A DNA stretch of 64,000 bases from an uncultured Fibrobacterota bacterium (GCA_964455935.1 CAYVZU010000004.1:3695-67694), one strand, 5' to 3'. Shown: positions 39,348-50,920, numbered from the stretch's first letter. A program made the numbers and translations. The notes: generated by a model not told the origin, from the letters alone.

Positions 39348-40211
39348 TTACTCCCACGGATCCAGCGGACGGGTCTCGATCTGTTTTCCGATCCAGCCGC
39401 CGCGGCCTTTTTCGACCAGGGCAATGGTGCAAACCGGATCGTGCGGCAGCGCGATCATCCAATTTCCGGCGGCCGCCTTCTTTAAAAATGCCAGCTTGCT
39501 GTCATGGGTCAGAGTGGGAAACAATTCGCCGGATTCAAGAACTTTCGGATTCAAATGAAACAAGGTTGGAATGAAATCAGCCGTGATTGCAATACCGGAC
39601 CGGCTGTCCTGAACCATGACGATCTGGTCAGCGCCCGTGTGCCCTCCGATGACCTCGACCCGGATGTTTGGGGCAATTTCGAAGTCCCCTTGGAGAAGGC
39701 GGAGGTCGGCTTCTCTCTCCAGAATCTCGAAATTGCATTTGTTGTAGCAATAGGATGCCAGCGCATGCGGCCGTTGGGCAATTTTCCATTCCTTACTCTG
39801 AATCCAATACCGCGCCTTGCAAAAAACCGGCGAAAGCCGGCCGGAAACCGAAAGGCCGGTGTTCCATCCGCAATGCGAGAAATGCAGGTGCGTGTTGATC
39901 ACGTCTGTGATATCGTCCGGCGCCACACCGACGGCCTTGAGCCCTAAAAGCAGGTTGCCGGAGTCGTTGCGGGCATAGAGACGCTGAAGATCCTTGGGAA
40001 GGGGCTTGGCGCCGAACCCCGTATCAACCAGTATGCTTCGTCCATTGCCCCGCAGCAGATAACAGCGCGACGGCACCAAGATCCGATTGTTTTCATCGGG
40101 AGGGAAATTGCCGGCCCATTGCAGGTAGGGCGTGCACCCGAACAGCGACGAGCCGTCCATGAAAAAGGCGCCGTCATCAATGCAGTCGATTTCATAGCCG
40201 GCAATTTTCAT
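39348..40211 (-). CDS. MBL-fold metallo-hydrolase
   Basis: The metal-binding motif is HLHFSHCGWN. The start is trimmed to MKIAGYEIDC, with GGAGG immediately upstream. Confidence 0.75.
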   Translation of the reverse strand: MKIAGYEIDCIDDGAFFMDGSSLFGCTPYLQWAGNFPPDENNRILVPSRCYLLRGNGRSILVDTGFGAKPLPKDLQRLYARNDSGNLLLGLKAVGVAPDDITDVINTHLHFSHCGWNTGLSVSGRLSPVFCKARYWIQSKEWKIAQRPHALASYCYNKCNFEILEREADLRLLQGDFEIAPNIRVEVIGGHTGADQIVMVQDSRSGIAITADFIPTLFHLNPKVLESGELFPTLTHDSKLAFLKKAAAGNWMIALPHDPVCTIALVEKGRGGWIGKQIETRPLDPWE

Positions 40212-40304
40212 TGGCCTCCCAATGCTCGCTCTCATGGCTCGACCCGTCCTCCGCAGCCGATCCTGCGGAGGCGGACCAGCTCGGCAAGAGCGGGCCTCTT
40301 TCGC

Positions 40305-43130
40305 TTACGATGACAATTCTTGCTGAAGAAACTTTCCCGTATAGGAACGGGCAACCCGTGCCACCTGCTCGGGAGTTCCTTCCGCGATGACTTCCCCACC
40401 GCGGTCGCCGCCTTCGGGGCCCAGGTCGATCACCCAGTCAGCGCCCTTGATGACATCCATGTTGTGCTCGATCACCAGCACCGTGTTTCCCATTGCGACA
40501 AGCTCGTTGAGCACCCGCATCAGCATGCGAATATCGTCGAAGTGAAGACCCGTGGTGGGCTCATCCAGAATATAGAAAGTTTTTCCGGTGCTGCGCTTCG
40601 AAAGCTCGGTGGCCAGTTTCACCCGCTGGGCTTCGCCGCCCGAAAGCGTCGTGGCCTGCTGGCCCAAGTGGATATAGCCAAGGCCCACCTCGGACAGTGT
40701 CTTGAGTTTGCCTTTGGCCTGGGGAATGCTTTCCAAAAAGGCCAATGCCTCATCCACGGTCATCTCCAGCACGTCGGCGATACTCTTTCCCTTGTAGCGG
40801 ACATCAAGCGTTTCGCGATTGTAGCGGCGGCCCTTACAGATTTCGCATGGGACATATACATCGGGCAGGAAATGCATTTCAATTTTTGTAATGCCATCGC
40901 CCTTGCAGGCCTCGCAGCGGCCGCCTTTCACATTGAAACTGAATCGCCCCTGGTCGTAACCGCGAATCTTCGCCTCGGGCAATTGCGAAAACAGGGTGCG
41001 GATCGCGTCGAACAATTTGGTGTAGGTGGCCGGATTGGAGCGCGGCGTGCGGCCAATGGGCGACTGATCGATATCGATCACCTTGTCGATGTGCTCCAAA
41101 CCCTCGACTTTGCGGTAGGGCAGGGGCTGTTCCTTGGGCGAGTAAAAATGGCGCGCCATGATCGGATAGAGGGTCTCGTTGATCAGGGTGGATTTTCCCG
41201 AGCCCGAAACGCCCGTGATCGCGATCATGCAGCCCAGCGGAAAACGGACATCCACCTCTTTGAGGTTATGGCCGCGCGCGCCTTGCAGAACAATGGCCCG
41301 GCCGTTTCCCGGCCGCCGCTGGGAGGGCGTGGGAATTCTTTCCTTGTCCGAGAGGTATTGCCCCGTAATGGACTGGCTGTTGCGGCGAATGGCCGCGGGC
41401 GTTCCCGCTGCGATCAACTGCCCTCCATGGCGCCCAGCGCCCGGGCCCAAATCGATAACCCAGTCGGCGGATTCCATGGTCTCGCGATCATGCTCGACCA
41501 CGATAACGGTGTTGCCCAAATCGCGCAACCGCAAAAGGGAATCGATCAACCTGCGATTGTCGCGCTGATGCAGGCCGATCGAAGGCTCGTCGAGAATATA
41601 GAGCACACCCACAAGTTGCGAGCCGATCTGGGTGGCCAAGCGTATGCGCTGGGCCTCGCCGCCCGAGAGTGTCCCGGCGGCGCGGTCCATGGACAGATAA
41701 TCCAGTCCCACGTTGATGAGAAATCCAAGCCGCTCGCGAATCTCCTTTAAGATCTGGTCGCCAATGGTCCGTTCGCGCTGCGTCAGGTTCAGCGAAGAAA
41801 GCGATTCCTGCAACTGCACAATCGAGTATCGGCAGAGCGTGGCGATGTCCGTGTTGTTGATCTTCACCGCCAGAGCCTCGGGCTTCAGCCGTTTGCCCCC
41901 GCATACCCCGCAGGGCTTGGAGGTCATGAATCCCTCGATCCACTCGCGGATGTCGTCGGAACCCGAGTCCTTATAGCGGCGCAGGAGGTTCGGAATCACA
42001 CCCTCGAATGTCCGCTGGAATTCCCCCCGGCCCTTGCCATGCTGAAATTCATATTCGAAATGAATCTCCTGGTCGCCGGTTCCGTAGAGAATGATTTTCT
42101 TGTCCTTGGCGGACAGTTCCTTAAACGGGCGATTCAGGTCGATCCCATAATGTTTCGAGAGAGCTTTGAGCATGGTTCCATAGTAGCTTCCCTGAACGCC
42201 TCCCCACGGGGCCAACGCGCCCTGATTGATCGACAATCGCGGGTCGGGCACGGCCATTTCCGGATCGATCTCCAGCTGCGAACCAAGCCCTGAGCAGGCC
42301 GGGCAGGCGCCATAAGGGCTGTTAAATGAAAACAGGCGCGGCGAGATTTCGTCGTAACTGATGCCGCAGTCCGGACAGGCGAGCTTTTCGTTGAACAGCC
42401 GTTCTTTGCGGCCCTCGGCATCCAGAAGAACCAGTCCATTGGCCAGGGCCAGGCTTGTCTGAAGGCTGTCGGCCAGGCGCTGCCTGATTTTATTGCTTAC
42501 CACCAGGCGGTCCACCACGACTTCGATGTCGTGCTTCCGGGTTTTATCCATCCGGATTTCCTGATCCAGTTCGCACATTTTGCCATCAATGCGGACCCGG
42601 ACATAACCGTCCTTGCGGACCTGTTCCAACAATTCACGGTATTCGCCTTTGCGGCCGCGAATCATGGGCGAGAGAATCTGGATCTTTGTGCCTTCGGGCA
42701 GATTCAACACGGCATCGACCATCTGTTCGATGGTCTGGCTCGAAATGGGCTTGCCGCACTGGTAACAGTGAGGCCGGCCCACCCGGGCATACAGCAGGCG
42801 CAGGTAGTCATACACTTCTGTCACCGTGCCCACCGTCGAGCGGGGATTGCGCTGGCCGGATTTCTGCTCGATCGAAATGGCGGGGGAAAGGCCGTCGATC
42901 GAGTCCACATCAGGCTTCTCCATCAAACCCAGAAACTGGCGGGCATAGGCCGAAAGCGACTCGACATAGCGGCGCTGGCCCTCCGCGTAAAGCGTATCGA
43001 AGGCCAGGGAGGACTTGCCCGACCCCGAAAGCCCGGTAATGACCACCAGCTTGTCGCGCGGGATCTCGACGTCGATATTTTTTAGATTGTGTTCGCGGGC
43101 CCCGCGAATGAGAATACGGTTTTGTTCCAT
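40305..43130 (-). CDS. uvrA: Excinuclease ABC subunit A
   Basis: A 941-aa protein with two ABC ATPase modules (GLSGSGKSS and GVSGSGKST) and zinc-finger Cys pairs. It aligns over its full length to the UvrA pattern. Confidence 0.95.
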   Translation of the reverse strand: MEQNRILIRGAREHNLKNIDVEIPRDKLVVITGLSGSGKSSLAFDTLYAEGQRRYVESLSAYARQFLGLMEKPDVDSIDGLSPAISIEQKSGQRNPRSTVGTVTEVYDYLRLLYARVGRPHCYQCGKPISSQTIEQMVDAVLNLPEGTKIQILSPMIRGRKGEYRELLEQVRKDGYVRVRIDGKMCELDQEIRMDKTRKHDIEVVVDRLVVSNKIRQRLADSLQTSLALANGLVLLDAEGRKERLFNEKLACPDCGISYDEISPRLFSFNSPYGACPACSGLGSQLEIDPEMAVPDPRLSINQGALAPWGGVQGSYYGTMLKALSKHYGIDLNRPFKELSAKDKKIILYGTGDQEIHFEYEFQHGKGRGEFQRTFEGVIPNLLRRYKDSGSDDIREWIEGFMTSKPCGVCGGKRLKPEALAVKINNTDIATLCRYSIVQLQESLSSLNLTQRERTIGDQILKEIRERLGFLINVGLDYLSMDRAAGTLSGGEAQRIRLATQIGSQLVGVLYILDEPSIGLHQRDNRRLIDSLLRLRDLGNTVIVVEHDRETMESADWVIDLGPGAGRHGGQLIAAGTPAAIRRNSQSITGQYLSDKERIPTPSQRRPGNGRAIVLQGARGHNLKEVDVRFPLGCMIAITGVSGSGKSTLINETLYPIMARHFYSPKEQPLPYRKVEGLEHIDKVIDIDQSPIGRTPRSNPATYTKLFDAIRTLFSQLPEAKIRGYDQGRFSFNVKGGRCEACKGDGITKIEMHFLPDVYVPCEICKGRRYNRETLDVRYKGKSIADVLEMTVDEALAFLESIPQAKGKLKTLSEVGLGYIHLGQQATTLSGGEAQRVKLATELSKRSTGKTFYILDEPTTGLHFDDIRMLMRVLNELVAMGNTVLVIEHNMDVIKGADWVIDLGPEGGDRGGEVIAEGTPEQVARVARSYTGKFLQQELSS

Positions 43131-43164
43131 GCGTTTATGCGAGATAAGTTAGAAAAATACTACT

Positions 43165-43254
43165 CACCACAGAGACGCAGAAATTACAGAGAAAGAAGGA
43201 TCTTGGGCAAAGCTTTTCTAGGAAAAGTCTTCTTCTCTGCGATAACCTCTGTGT
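43165..43254. repeat. Nested palindrome element, copy B (related to 38378-38513)
   Basis: The arms are CACCACAGAGA...CCTCTGTGTG and CAGAGAAAGAAG...CTTCTTCTCTG. The central palindrome is CTTTTC-tag-GAAAAG. It shares the CACAGAG/CTCTGTG arm core and layered symmetry with copy A. Confidence 0.35.
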
Positions 43255-43440
43255 GCGCCGCGACTCTGCGGGATGACTTCTTTCCAACACGTGAATAGTT
43301 ACGAAAAGATAATCAATTGCGACGGGTGGGAAGTGCGGCAAACCAGTCAGAGCGCGCCTGGTCACCCATGCGCTTGGGTCATGCGGGGGCGAGGCGTCCA
43401 GCTGCTATCTCAAAATGCGTTGCATCCCTGGCGTGATGCT

Positions 43441-44502
43441 CTACATTCTCCGATACAACTCCACCAGCTTCTCCCGCGTGAGAATGTTGCGGAAGTCCGG
43501 GCCTAGTGCGTGCGTCAGCGCGCGTTCGAGCCGATAGGCCATTTCGATCATTTTATCCATTTGCTCGCTTGTAGCCTTGGCGGTCACATTCGCGGGCAGC
43601 GCGATGCGGTGCTCGGCGAGCATGGCATGAAACTTCCGCACATCGGTTCCATAAAACTCGCCAAGCTGGTTAAATACGATCGAGTTGGCCAGGCCATGGC
43701 GAATCCCAAAGACCAGGCTTAGTCCGTACGACATGGCATGGCAGACACCCACCTCGGCATTGGCCACCGAGCAACCGCCCAAATACGAGGCGACCATCAG
43801 CTCGCCGTAATTCTTTTCCCGAAGAAAAAAGCTCTCCATCATTTCTTTTGACTTTGAGGCAAATCCCTTTCCGATCTCGTTGATCAGGGACCCGTTCAAC
43901 GACTCGACACAATGAATGAAGCAGTCCATGGCCGTGTAGAATTCCTGCTCGCGCTCCACGGTTGACAGGAGTTCCGGGTCCATGATGATGGCGTCGTATA
44001 TGCTCTGGTCGCTGTTGATGCCCAGCTTTTTGACGGGACCCACCAGAACGCAGGTGCGGGTGGCTTCAGCTCCGGTCCCCGAGAGCGTGGGGACCGCCAG
44101 TTTGGCAATCGCATTCTGCCTGGGGAGATCATAGCCTTGGTAGTCGGCCGACGAGCCTTCGTTTGTGAGCATGATCGAAACGGCCTTGGCGATGTCCATG
44201 GTCGAGCCGCCGCCAATGCCCACCACAACCGCAGGCAGATCCTTTCGCTGGGTCAGAACCTGATCGCGAATGGAATCAACCTGGCCGGTCCGGGGCTCGT
44301 GGTCCGAGATGTCAGCTTCAATCACCAGATCCTTGGGTGTCGGCTTCAGGCGCGCTTTTAACCCGGTCCGGCCATGTACCGCGTCAATGATATAGAGTAC
44401 ATAGCCATCAGTTGCGGCGAAAAGCTCATGCAGAGCGGCTGGCAAATCATTGAAGGATCCGGGGCCGAAAACGATGCGGGGGACCAGTTTTGTGACTTTC
44501 AT
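43441..44502 (-). CDS. Iron-containing alcohol dehydrogenase family protein
   Basis: GGGSTMDIAK is the Fe-ADH NAD-binding motif. The C-terminal half has conserved metal-binding His residues. Confidence 0.7.
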   Translation of the reverse strand: MKVTKLVPRIVFGPGSFNDLPAALHELFAATDGYVLYIIDAVHGRTGLKARLKPTPKDLVIEADISDHEPRTGQVDSIRDQVLTQRKDLPAVVVGIGGGSTMDIAKAVSIMLTNEGSSADYQGYDLPRQNAIAKLAVPTLSGTGAEATRTCVLVGPVKKLGINSDQSIYDAIIMDPELLSTVEREQEFYTAMDCFIHCVESLNGSLINEIGKGFASKSKEMMESFFLREKNYGELMVASYLGGCSVANAEVGVCHAMSYGLSLVFGIRHGLANSIVFNQLGEFYGTDVRKFHAMLAEHRIALPANVTAKATSEQMDKMIEMAYRLERALTHALGPDFRNILTREKLVELYRRM

Positions 44503-44615
44503 ATAAACTCCCGATTCACATGGGTGTTGTCAAACCAAAATATATTCTACTGCATGCAATCTAAAGGAACTCGGGACAACTGTGCCCGGTCTGTCTTTCT
44601 AGTATCTTCAGCACC

Positions 44616-46073
44616 ATGAAATCCGTTCGCGTCAACCGCTCGGGCCATACACTCAACCCCGACCGGACCCGGGTTCTGATCCGGCCGTTCACGCCCGAAT
44701 CCGAACACCGCTCCTACCGGATCATCGCGCGCGTCCTCACGCTTCCCGAGGAACGGGTTCGCGTGCTCCTTGAGAAAATCCTGGTCGACTTTGGCGAGAG
44801 ACATCAGCAGATCGAGCGGTTTCTCCTTCGGCGCTTCGAACAGCTCAGGCACCATCTGCTGACCGACCAGCAGATTTCGTCGGAGCGCAAACTTCTGATC
44901 GGGTCTTTTTTCACACAGGAATATTCCCTTGAATCCGCGGCCCTTTTCAATCCGTCCATTGTGGCGGACCCCAATCAGGAGGAACTTGCGCCCGGTTGCC
45001 TGCGCGTAATCCTTAGCTTGCGTGCGACAGGGGAAGGCCATATTTCCTCCATCACATTCCGCAGCGCGATTGTGGATCCCGAAGGAAGCATTCAGGTCGC
45101 CCAGCCCAGCCGGTATGTCACACAACCCGAACGCATTCCCGATCCCTCCTACCAAAAGGTCCTCTTCTCGCGCAAGCTGCGCGAACTGGGACTGGACAAC
45201 GAATTCAGCCGAAGGGCCATGTCCATGCTGGGCCACACGTTCACCTTTGCCGAACTGATGCGCACGGTAGGCGACCTCAGGCGCCAAAGCGGAGTTCTGG
45301 GGGCGCCGGCCGACGGGGCGACTGCCCAGGGCATCAAGGCGCTGGCCGAACAGAATTACGAAGTGCGCTTTTCGCCGGAGCAGCGGGTTGCGGAGCGGGC
45401 TATTTTTCCATCATCGCCAAGCCAAAGCAACGGCATCGAGGACGCGCGCTTCGTGCGGTTCGAGAACGAGGAGGGCGCGATTGTCTACTATGCGACCTAC
45501 ACGGCCTTTGACGGAAAACTGGTTCTTCCGCAGCTTCTGGAGACCCCGGATTTTCTGCACTTCCGTTTTGTCACTTTAAACGGGCCGGCCGTGCAGAACA
45601 AGGGCATGAGCCTGTTCCCGCGCAAGGTCAACGGTTTTTATGCAATGCTCTCGCGCCAGGACAATGAGAACATCTACTTGATGTACTCGGACAATCTCCA
45701 CTTCTGGTATGAAGCGCAGATCGTCGCCCGGCCTACGTATTCCTGGGAGTTCGTGCAGTTGGGAAATTGCGGGTCGCCCATCGAAACCGAACGGGGCTGG
45801 CTGGTACTCTCACACGGAGTGGGGCCCATGCGGCGTTACTGCATTGGCGCTTTTCTTCTCGACAAGGCCGATCCGTCGCTGGTGATTGGCCGGCTGCGGA
45901 CACCCCTGATCGAGCCCTCGGCCAACGAGCGTGAAGGATATGTGCCCAACGTGGTCTATACGTGCGGCGCCCTGCTCCACGGCCGCAAGCTCCTCATCCC
46001 CTATGCAATGGCGGATTATGCCACAAGCTTTGCCACGGTGGACATTGATGAATTGCTGGATGCTTTGGAATAG
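44616..46073 (+). CDS. Glycoside hydrolase family 130 protein (beta-mannoside phosphorylase/mannosidase family) with N-terminal extension
   Basis: The segments NPSIV, EDARFVRF, YYATYTAFDG, NKGMSLFPRKVNGFYAML, GWLVLSHGVG, GAFLLDKADP and EREGYVPNVVYTCG form the GH130 five-bladed propeller pattern. About 100 extra residues lie at the N-terminus. Confidence 0.6.
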   Translation: MKSVRVNRSGHTLNPDRTRVLIRPFTPESEHRSYRIIARVLTLPEERVRVLLEKILVDFGERHQQIERFLLRRFEQLRHHLLTDQQISSERKLLIGSFFTQEYSLESAALFNPSIVADPNQEELAPGCLRVILSLRATGEGHISSITFRSAIVDPEGSIQVAQPSRYVTQPERIPDPSYQKVLFSRKLRELGLDNEFSRRAMSMLGHTFTFAELMRTVGDLRRQSGVLGAPADGATAQGIKALAEQNYEVRFSPEQRVAERAIFPSSPSQSNGIEDARFVRFENEEGAIVYYATYTAFDGKLVLPQLLETPDFLHFRFVTLNGPAVQNKGMSLFPRKVNGFYAMLSRQDNENIYLMYSDNLHFWYEAQIVARPTYSWEFVQLGNCGSPIETERGWLVLSHGVGPMRRYCIGAFLLDKADPSLVIGRLRTPLIEPSANEREGYVPNVVYTCGALLHGRKLLIPYAMADYATSFATVDIDELLDALE

Positions 46074-46122
46074 GAAGAAACCGCTGGACGTTAAACGTTA
46101 GACCGGCGGCGCGCCCGCCCAA

Positions 46123-47853
46123 TCACTCCAACGCGAACGGATAGGTATGCTGGAACGCCCCGGATTTCACCCGGACAAACAATGAGCCACGGGCCGGAAC
46201 TCCATCCGGCCACAGGATTCTCCGCTGATTATTGGCGGATTTGTCCGTGTGACGCCATAGCGTACGGCCCCGGGCATCCAGAACCGTCAGCACCACAGGT
46301 CCCGGGTTTGCGGGCGCAAAAGAAAAGACAACCCCCCCGCGTGTTCGAAATACCTTGAGTGAAGCCGCGGCCGCCTGGCTTTGCGGAATACTGCCGATCC
46401 TGGCGAGCTCGCCAATCCGGATCCTCAGCTCGAAGGTGTCCACATATCCGCCGAATTCGAAGCGGATGCGCAGTGTATCCATGCCGGGCTTGAAGGGCGC
46501 TGGTCCTCCGATCAGCATGTTTCCGATCATGTTCACGCTCCAGCTGAGTGTGTTGATCAAGGAGAACGAAGCCTGGCCGGCATAGCCGGCATTGTTGTAG
46601 GTCAGGATGTAGTTGAAGGTTCCCTGGGGTGGCACAAAAACGGTATCCGGGGAAGTGACGAATGGCACGCCTGTGATTGTGACGGGATCCGATTCATCGC
46701 TGATTACCGGCCCCGCACTGTACCCGGAAATCTTGATCCAGCATGGCGAACCCGCGGAACCGGGTGCATTCCAATTATAAGAGCCGCTTGCCGCCTCGAC
46801 GCCGGCGATCACTTGCCATATTGTGTGATTCACGCTATAAAACAACGAGCATGCGGCAAAGACCCCCTGGCTGGTCCAGCGGATTGTTTGCTGGGATCTG
46901 GCGGGCCAGCTTTGCCCGGCACCGGGTTCCGTGATTGTCAGGCTTCGCTGCACCACGGGTTGCGCCAAAGCAAAAACAGCCGACGTGGCCGAATCCAGGT
47001 TTCCGGCCGCATCATAGGCAATCACGCGTATTTTGCATTGGGTCGATGGCCCTGTTGCGGGTGTGGTCCACGTATAGGAGCCGCTCCACAAACTTGTGGG
47101 GGCCACCGAGGTGTCCGCAATCCCCGTCCAGGTGGCGCCGTTGTCTTTGGAAAGGCGCAGAATAAAACGCGCCACGCCCACGTTATCGGTGGCCGACCAG
47201 GTCAGGGTTTGCGCAGTGGACAGGTTCCACGATGTGGTGCCATCGGCTTTGGGCGAGGAAATCCCGGTGATAGCGGGTCTGGTGGCATCTCCCGCCGAGG
47301 AGAGCACGCATACAAGTTTGGGCCGGCTGGCTACAGTCGCATATTCCCGCGAGCGATATTGAGCATACAGATTGCCCGTTGCATCCTTGACCTGAATTGT
47401 GAGTTTTTTATCTCCGGCACTTTCCCGCAGGACAATGGGAGTCAAATCGACCTCAATCGTTGGGACCAGCGTATCGATGGGCCAGGTGGCAAGCGTTTCG
47501 CTTGCGGCCGGCATTGTGTTCCATGTGATCGTGGTCTCGCTCCAGGAATCATTGCTTACGAACAGTGCCGTATGCGAACCGTTTTGACCCCACCAATACC
47601 TAGTGAGCTTAAGCTTGGCCGAGGTAATGGTTCCGCTCAAGCCGGAAAGATCGAACCGAAAGTATCCGATGTAGTTAAAGCCTGGCGCGCTCCTTTTAAT
47701 CAGTAGATATTGTTCGCCGCCAAAATTGGTGTCGGCTCTTGCCCCGTCGTTGACAAAAGCATCCGCCTCGGCCACGATCTCGGTCTGAGACAAGGCTGCG
47801 CACGGCGACAATAGAAGGCTTATCAGTATGGGATAACACTTAATGAGTTTCAT
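46123..47853 (-). CDS. Secreted multidomain protein (N-terminal carbohydrate-binding-like domain, Ig/FN3-like repeats) with T9SS-type C-terminal sorting domain
   Basis: The start is MKLIKCYPILISLLLSPCAA (signal peptide). The protein has beta-rich repeats. The C-terminus (RILWPDGVPARGSLFVRVKSGAFQHTYPFAL) is Por/T9SS-like. Confidence 0.5.
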   Translation of the reverse strand: MKLIKCYPILISLLLSPCAALSQTEIVAEADAFVNDGARADTNFGGEQYLLIKRSAPGFNYIGYFRFDLSGLSGTITSAKLKLTRYWWGQNGSHTALFVSNDSWSETTITWNTMPAASETLATWPIDTLVPTIEVDLTPIVLRESAGDKKLTIQVKDATGNLYAQYRSREYATVASRPKLVCVLSSAGDATRPAITGISSPKADGTTSWNLSTAQTLTWSATDNVGVARFILRLSKDNGATWTGIADTSVAPTSLWSGSYTWTTPATGPSTQCKIRVIAYDAAGNLDSATSAVFALAQPVVQRSLTITEPGAGQSWPARSQQTIRWTSQGVFAACSLFYSVNHTIWQVIAGVEAASGSYNWNAPGSAGSPCWIKISGYSAGPVISDESDPVTITGVPFVTSPDTVFVPPQGTFNYILTYNNAGYAGQASFSLINTLSWSVNMIGNMLIGGPAPFKPGMDTLRIRFEFGGYVDTFELRIRIGELARIGSIPQSQAAAASLKVFRTRGGVVFSFAPANPGPVVLTVLDARGRTLWRHTDKSANNQRRILWPDGVPARGSLFVRVKSGAFQHTYPFALE

Positions 47854-48028
47854 TTTGCACCTCACTTGCCCCATTTGAACGATTAACCCTCGTCCTCAGA
47901 TTCTTGCGGGTCCCTATTAATGAAATCTACAAAGAATGAGGGAAATAGTCAAAGCGATCCACCGCAATGGCGAAATATTTTTTTGAGCTGAGCGCGCAGC
48001 GGAGGCGGATGCTGATGCGTCTTGGCGG

Positions 48029-49717
48029 CTATTCGAACAGCACAACCCTCAGAAGCTCTTCGATCGAGGTGATCCCTTCCCGCACCTTAGCCAAGCCGTG
48101 ATCGGATAGCTTCATCATGCCGCCGGCCAGAGCGGCTTCCCGAATGCGATGCTCGGGTTCATTGCGCGTAATCAGGTCGCGCACAGTCGCGTCAATTTTT
48201 AAAAATTCGAAAACGCCGGTACGGCCTTTAAAGCCCGTGTTATTGCAGTTCTTGCAGCCCCGGCCGTAAAAGGACGGCGGCACGGGCGTTTCGCCCAGCA
48301 CCATCTTGTAGCGAAAAAGGACCTCCTCGCAGGGATGATACTCTTCTTTGCACTCTGGACAGATCACGCGCACCAGGCGCTGGGCCAGCACGCCCAGCAC
48401 GGCCGAGGCAATCAGGAAAGGCGCAATGCCCAGATCGCGAAGCCGCGTGATCGCCGAGATAGAGTCGTTCGTGTGCAGGGTCGAAAAGACCAGGTGTCCT
48501 GTCTGCGACGATTGCAGAGCGATCTGGGCGGTTTCGGGATCGCGGATCTCGCCCACCAGAATGACATCGGGGTCCTGGCGCAGAATCGAACGCAGCGTGT
48601 CTGCGAATGTGAGCCCGGCCTTGTCGTTGATCTGAACCTGGTTGATGCCGGGTAGCTTGTATTCGATCGGGTCCTCGATGGTCGTGATGTTGATGGCCTT
48701 GGCCTTGATTCGGTTGAGGCAGGCGAAAATGGTGGACGATTTGCCCGATCCAGTGGGGCCTGTTACAAACAGCATTCCCTGGGGTTTGTTGATCAGCTCG
48801 TTGAGCCATTCGAGATCGCGCCCCTCCAGGCCCAGCGGCTCCAACTGAAGCAGCGCCTCGGTATGGCGCAGAATGCGGATCACCGTCTTTTCCCCATGGT
48901 GGGTGGGCAGCGTCGAGACGCGCAAATCCACTTCTTCACCGGCCACCATGCGTTTGATCCGGCCATCCTGGGGAATCCGCTTCTCGGCGATATCCAGATT
49001 GGCCAGGATCTTGACCCGCGACGTCAGCGGGCTCTGCATCCATTCGGGCAGGTCCATCATGTCGAGCAGCATCCCATCAATCCGGTAGCGGATGTGGAGC
49101 GAGTTCTCATGGGGCTCCAGATGAATGTCGCTGGCACCCTTGGCCACCGCCTCATCCAGAACCAGATTGACCATGCGCACTACCGGCTCGGCCTCCGTTT
49201 CCCGGCGCAGTTTCTCGACCTGCGAGGCGCCAGGATCAGCCCGTCCGAATTCCTTCAAGTTCCGCGCAATGCTGTTGGCGTCTTCGCTCAGCCGGCTTAC
49301 CGTGCCATAGCAGCGTTCGATGGAACCCAGAATATCGGTCTCGGTCGCGATGCGGCGGTTTACGCGGCATTGGGTGAGAAACTCGATTTCGGCCACCAGT
49401 TCCATATCGTGGGGGTCGGCCACCGCCAGATCGAGCAGGGCCGATTCGCGCAAAAGAGGAAAACACAACCGCTTTTCGGCGATGCGGCGCGGGATGATCT
49501 TGTCGGGCGCCTCGACCACAAAATCCGCGATGCGCGCGAACGGGAGGGCGTATTGCTCGGCCAGGGCGCGGTAGAGGTCTTCTTCCGAAATTCTCCCGGA
49601 CAGCACCAGGACGCGGCCTATGGGCCGTCGCGTCCGGGCCGCCTCTTCCGCGGCCGATGCAATCTCGGCCTCGGACAGGCTCAACTCGCGGCTCAGGATT
49701 TTTCCGATTTTTTCCAT
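48029..49717 (-). CDS. gspE: Type II secretion / type IV pilus assembly ATPase GspE/PilB
   Basis: A T2SSE_N domain is followed by Walker A (GPTGSGKSS), Asp/His boxes and a tetracysteine motif (CPECK...CKNC). Confidence 0.85.
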   Translation of the reverse strand: MEKIGKILSRELSLSEAEIASAAEEAARTRRPIGRVLVLSGRISEEDLYRALAEQYALPFARIADFVVEAPDKIIPRRIAEKRLCFPLLRESALLDLAVADPHDMELVAEIEFLTQCRVNRRIATETDILGSIERCYGTVSRLSEDANSIARNLKEFGRADPGASQVEKLRRETEAEPVVRMVNLVLDEAVAKGASDIHLEPHENSLHIRYRIDGMLLDMMDLPEWMQSPLTSRVKILANLDIAEKRIPQDGRIKRMVAGEEVDLRVSTLPTHHGEKTVIRILRHTEALLQLEPLGLEGRDLEWLNELINKPQGMLFVTGPTGSGKSSTIFACLNRIKAKAINITTIEDPIEYKLPGINQVQINDKAGLTFADTLRSILRQDPDVILVGEIRDPETAQIALQSSQTGHLVFSTLHTNDSISAITRLRDLGIAPFLIASAVLGVLAQRLVRVICPECKEEYHPCEEVLFRYKMVLGETPVPPSFYGRGCKNCNNTGFKGRTGVFEFLKIDATVRDLITRNEPEHRIREAALAGGMMKLSDHGLAKVREGITSIEELLRVVLFE

Positions 49718-49720
49718 GAC

Positions 49721-50920
49721 TCAGCCAAGGCCCTGTGTGATCTCGAACATGGGAAGATACATGGCGATTAAAACCGCGGCAACCGCAATGCCCATCAGCA
49801 CGATCAATACCGGCTCGATCAGCGAAGTGACCGTACCCAGGGCCGTGTCAACCTCGACTTCATAGTAATCGGAAATTCGGGTCAGCATCTCGGCCAATCC
49901 GCCTGTGCGCTCTCCCACCGAGACCATCTGCACGACCATGGCCGGAAACAGGCCGGCCCGCGCCAGTCGTGACGAGATGGTGTTTCCGGCCTTGACAGCT
50001 TCGAGAGTTTGGAGCAAGGCGGCTTCCACCGCGCCATTGCCCGCGGTTTCGGCCGTGATCTCGAGGGCTGCGGGCAGCGGAACGCCGCCTGTGAGAAGCG
50101 CGCCCAGCGTGCGCGAGAATCGCGCAATGGCGCTTTTGCGGGCCAGGTCGCCCAGAACCGGCAAGCGCAGAAGTAGCGTGTCAAGCTGGAGCCGAAACGC
50201 CGGGCTGCGCCGGTACGATAGAACAAACCAGATCAGGATTCCGGCAAACGATGCCAATGCAGGCATCCAGAACCGGCGCACAATTTCGCTTGCCTGGATC
50301 ACAAGCCGGGTGGAGGCGGGCAGGGCCGCACCCAGATCCGTGAGCATTGATGCGAAGGTTGGAACGACAAAGGTCATTAGCGCGGCCAGCGCGCCCGCGG
50401 TCACTAGCAGAACGACGGCCGGATAGGCCAGCGCGCCGCGAATGCGGCGCTGCAGGTTGGCCTGGCGCTCCTGGTAGTCGGCCAGCCGTTTGAGAATGTC
50501 GCCCAACATTCCACCGGCTTCTCCGGCTCGAACCATGGCGCAGTAGAGCCGGTTGAATATGCGGGGGTGCTGCGAAAGTGCTTCGGCCAGCGCGCCGCCG
50601 CCCTGTACATCCACCGAGACCTTGGCCACCGCCTCGCGAAGAGGGCGGTTTTCGACCTGTCCGGATATTGTGTCGAGACAGGCCACCATGGGCAGCCCGG
50701 CTGCGGTCATAGCGGAAAACTGCCGGGTAAACCGCGACAGCTCGCGAATCCCCACGCCGCTTGAGAGATTCAGAGTTAAAGTAGATACAGGCGCGATCTT
50801 CTCCAAACGAATTCGCCGACGCTGAAGAAGCTCCATGGCTTCCTCCCGCGAACGCGCTTCGATCTCGCCCTGCACCGCCTTGCCGTCGAAAAGAATCCCG
50901 GAGTATCTGAACTTGGCCAT
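49721..50920 (-). CDS. gspF: Type II secretion / type IV pilus platform protein GspF/PilC
   Basis: A 400-aa protein of two T2SSF repeats with three TMs. The start is trimmed to MAKFRYSGI. It ends 3 nt upstream of gspE. Confidence 0.8.
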   Translation of the reverse strand: MAKFRYSGILFDGKAVQGEIEARSREEAMELLQRRRIRLEKIAPVSTLTLNLSSGVGIRELSRFTRQFSAMTAAGLPMVACLDTISGQVENRPLREAVAKVSVDVQGGGALAEALSQHPRIFNRLYCAMVRAGEAGGMLGDILKRLADYQERQANLQRRIRGALAYPAVVLLVTAGALAALMTFVVPTFASMLTDLGAALPASTRLVIQASEIVRRFWMPALASFAGILIWFVLSYRRSPAFRLQLDTLLLRLPVLGDLARKSAIARFSRTLGALLTGGVPLPAALEITAETAGNGAVEAALLQTLEAVKAGNTISSRLARAGLFPAMVVQMVSVGERTGGLAEMLTRISDYYEVEVDTALGTVTSLIEPVLIVLMGIAVAAVLIAMYLPMFEITQGLG

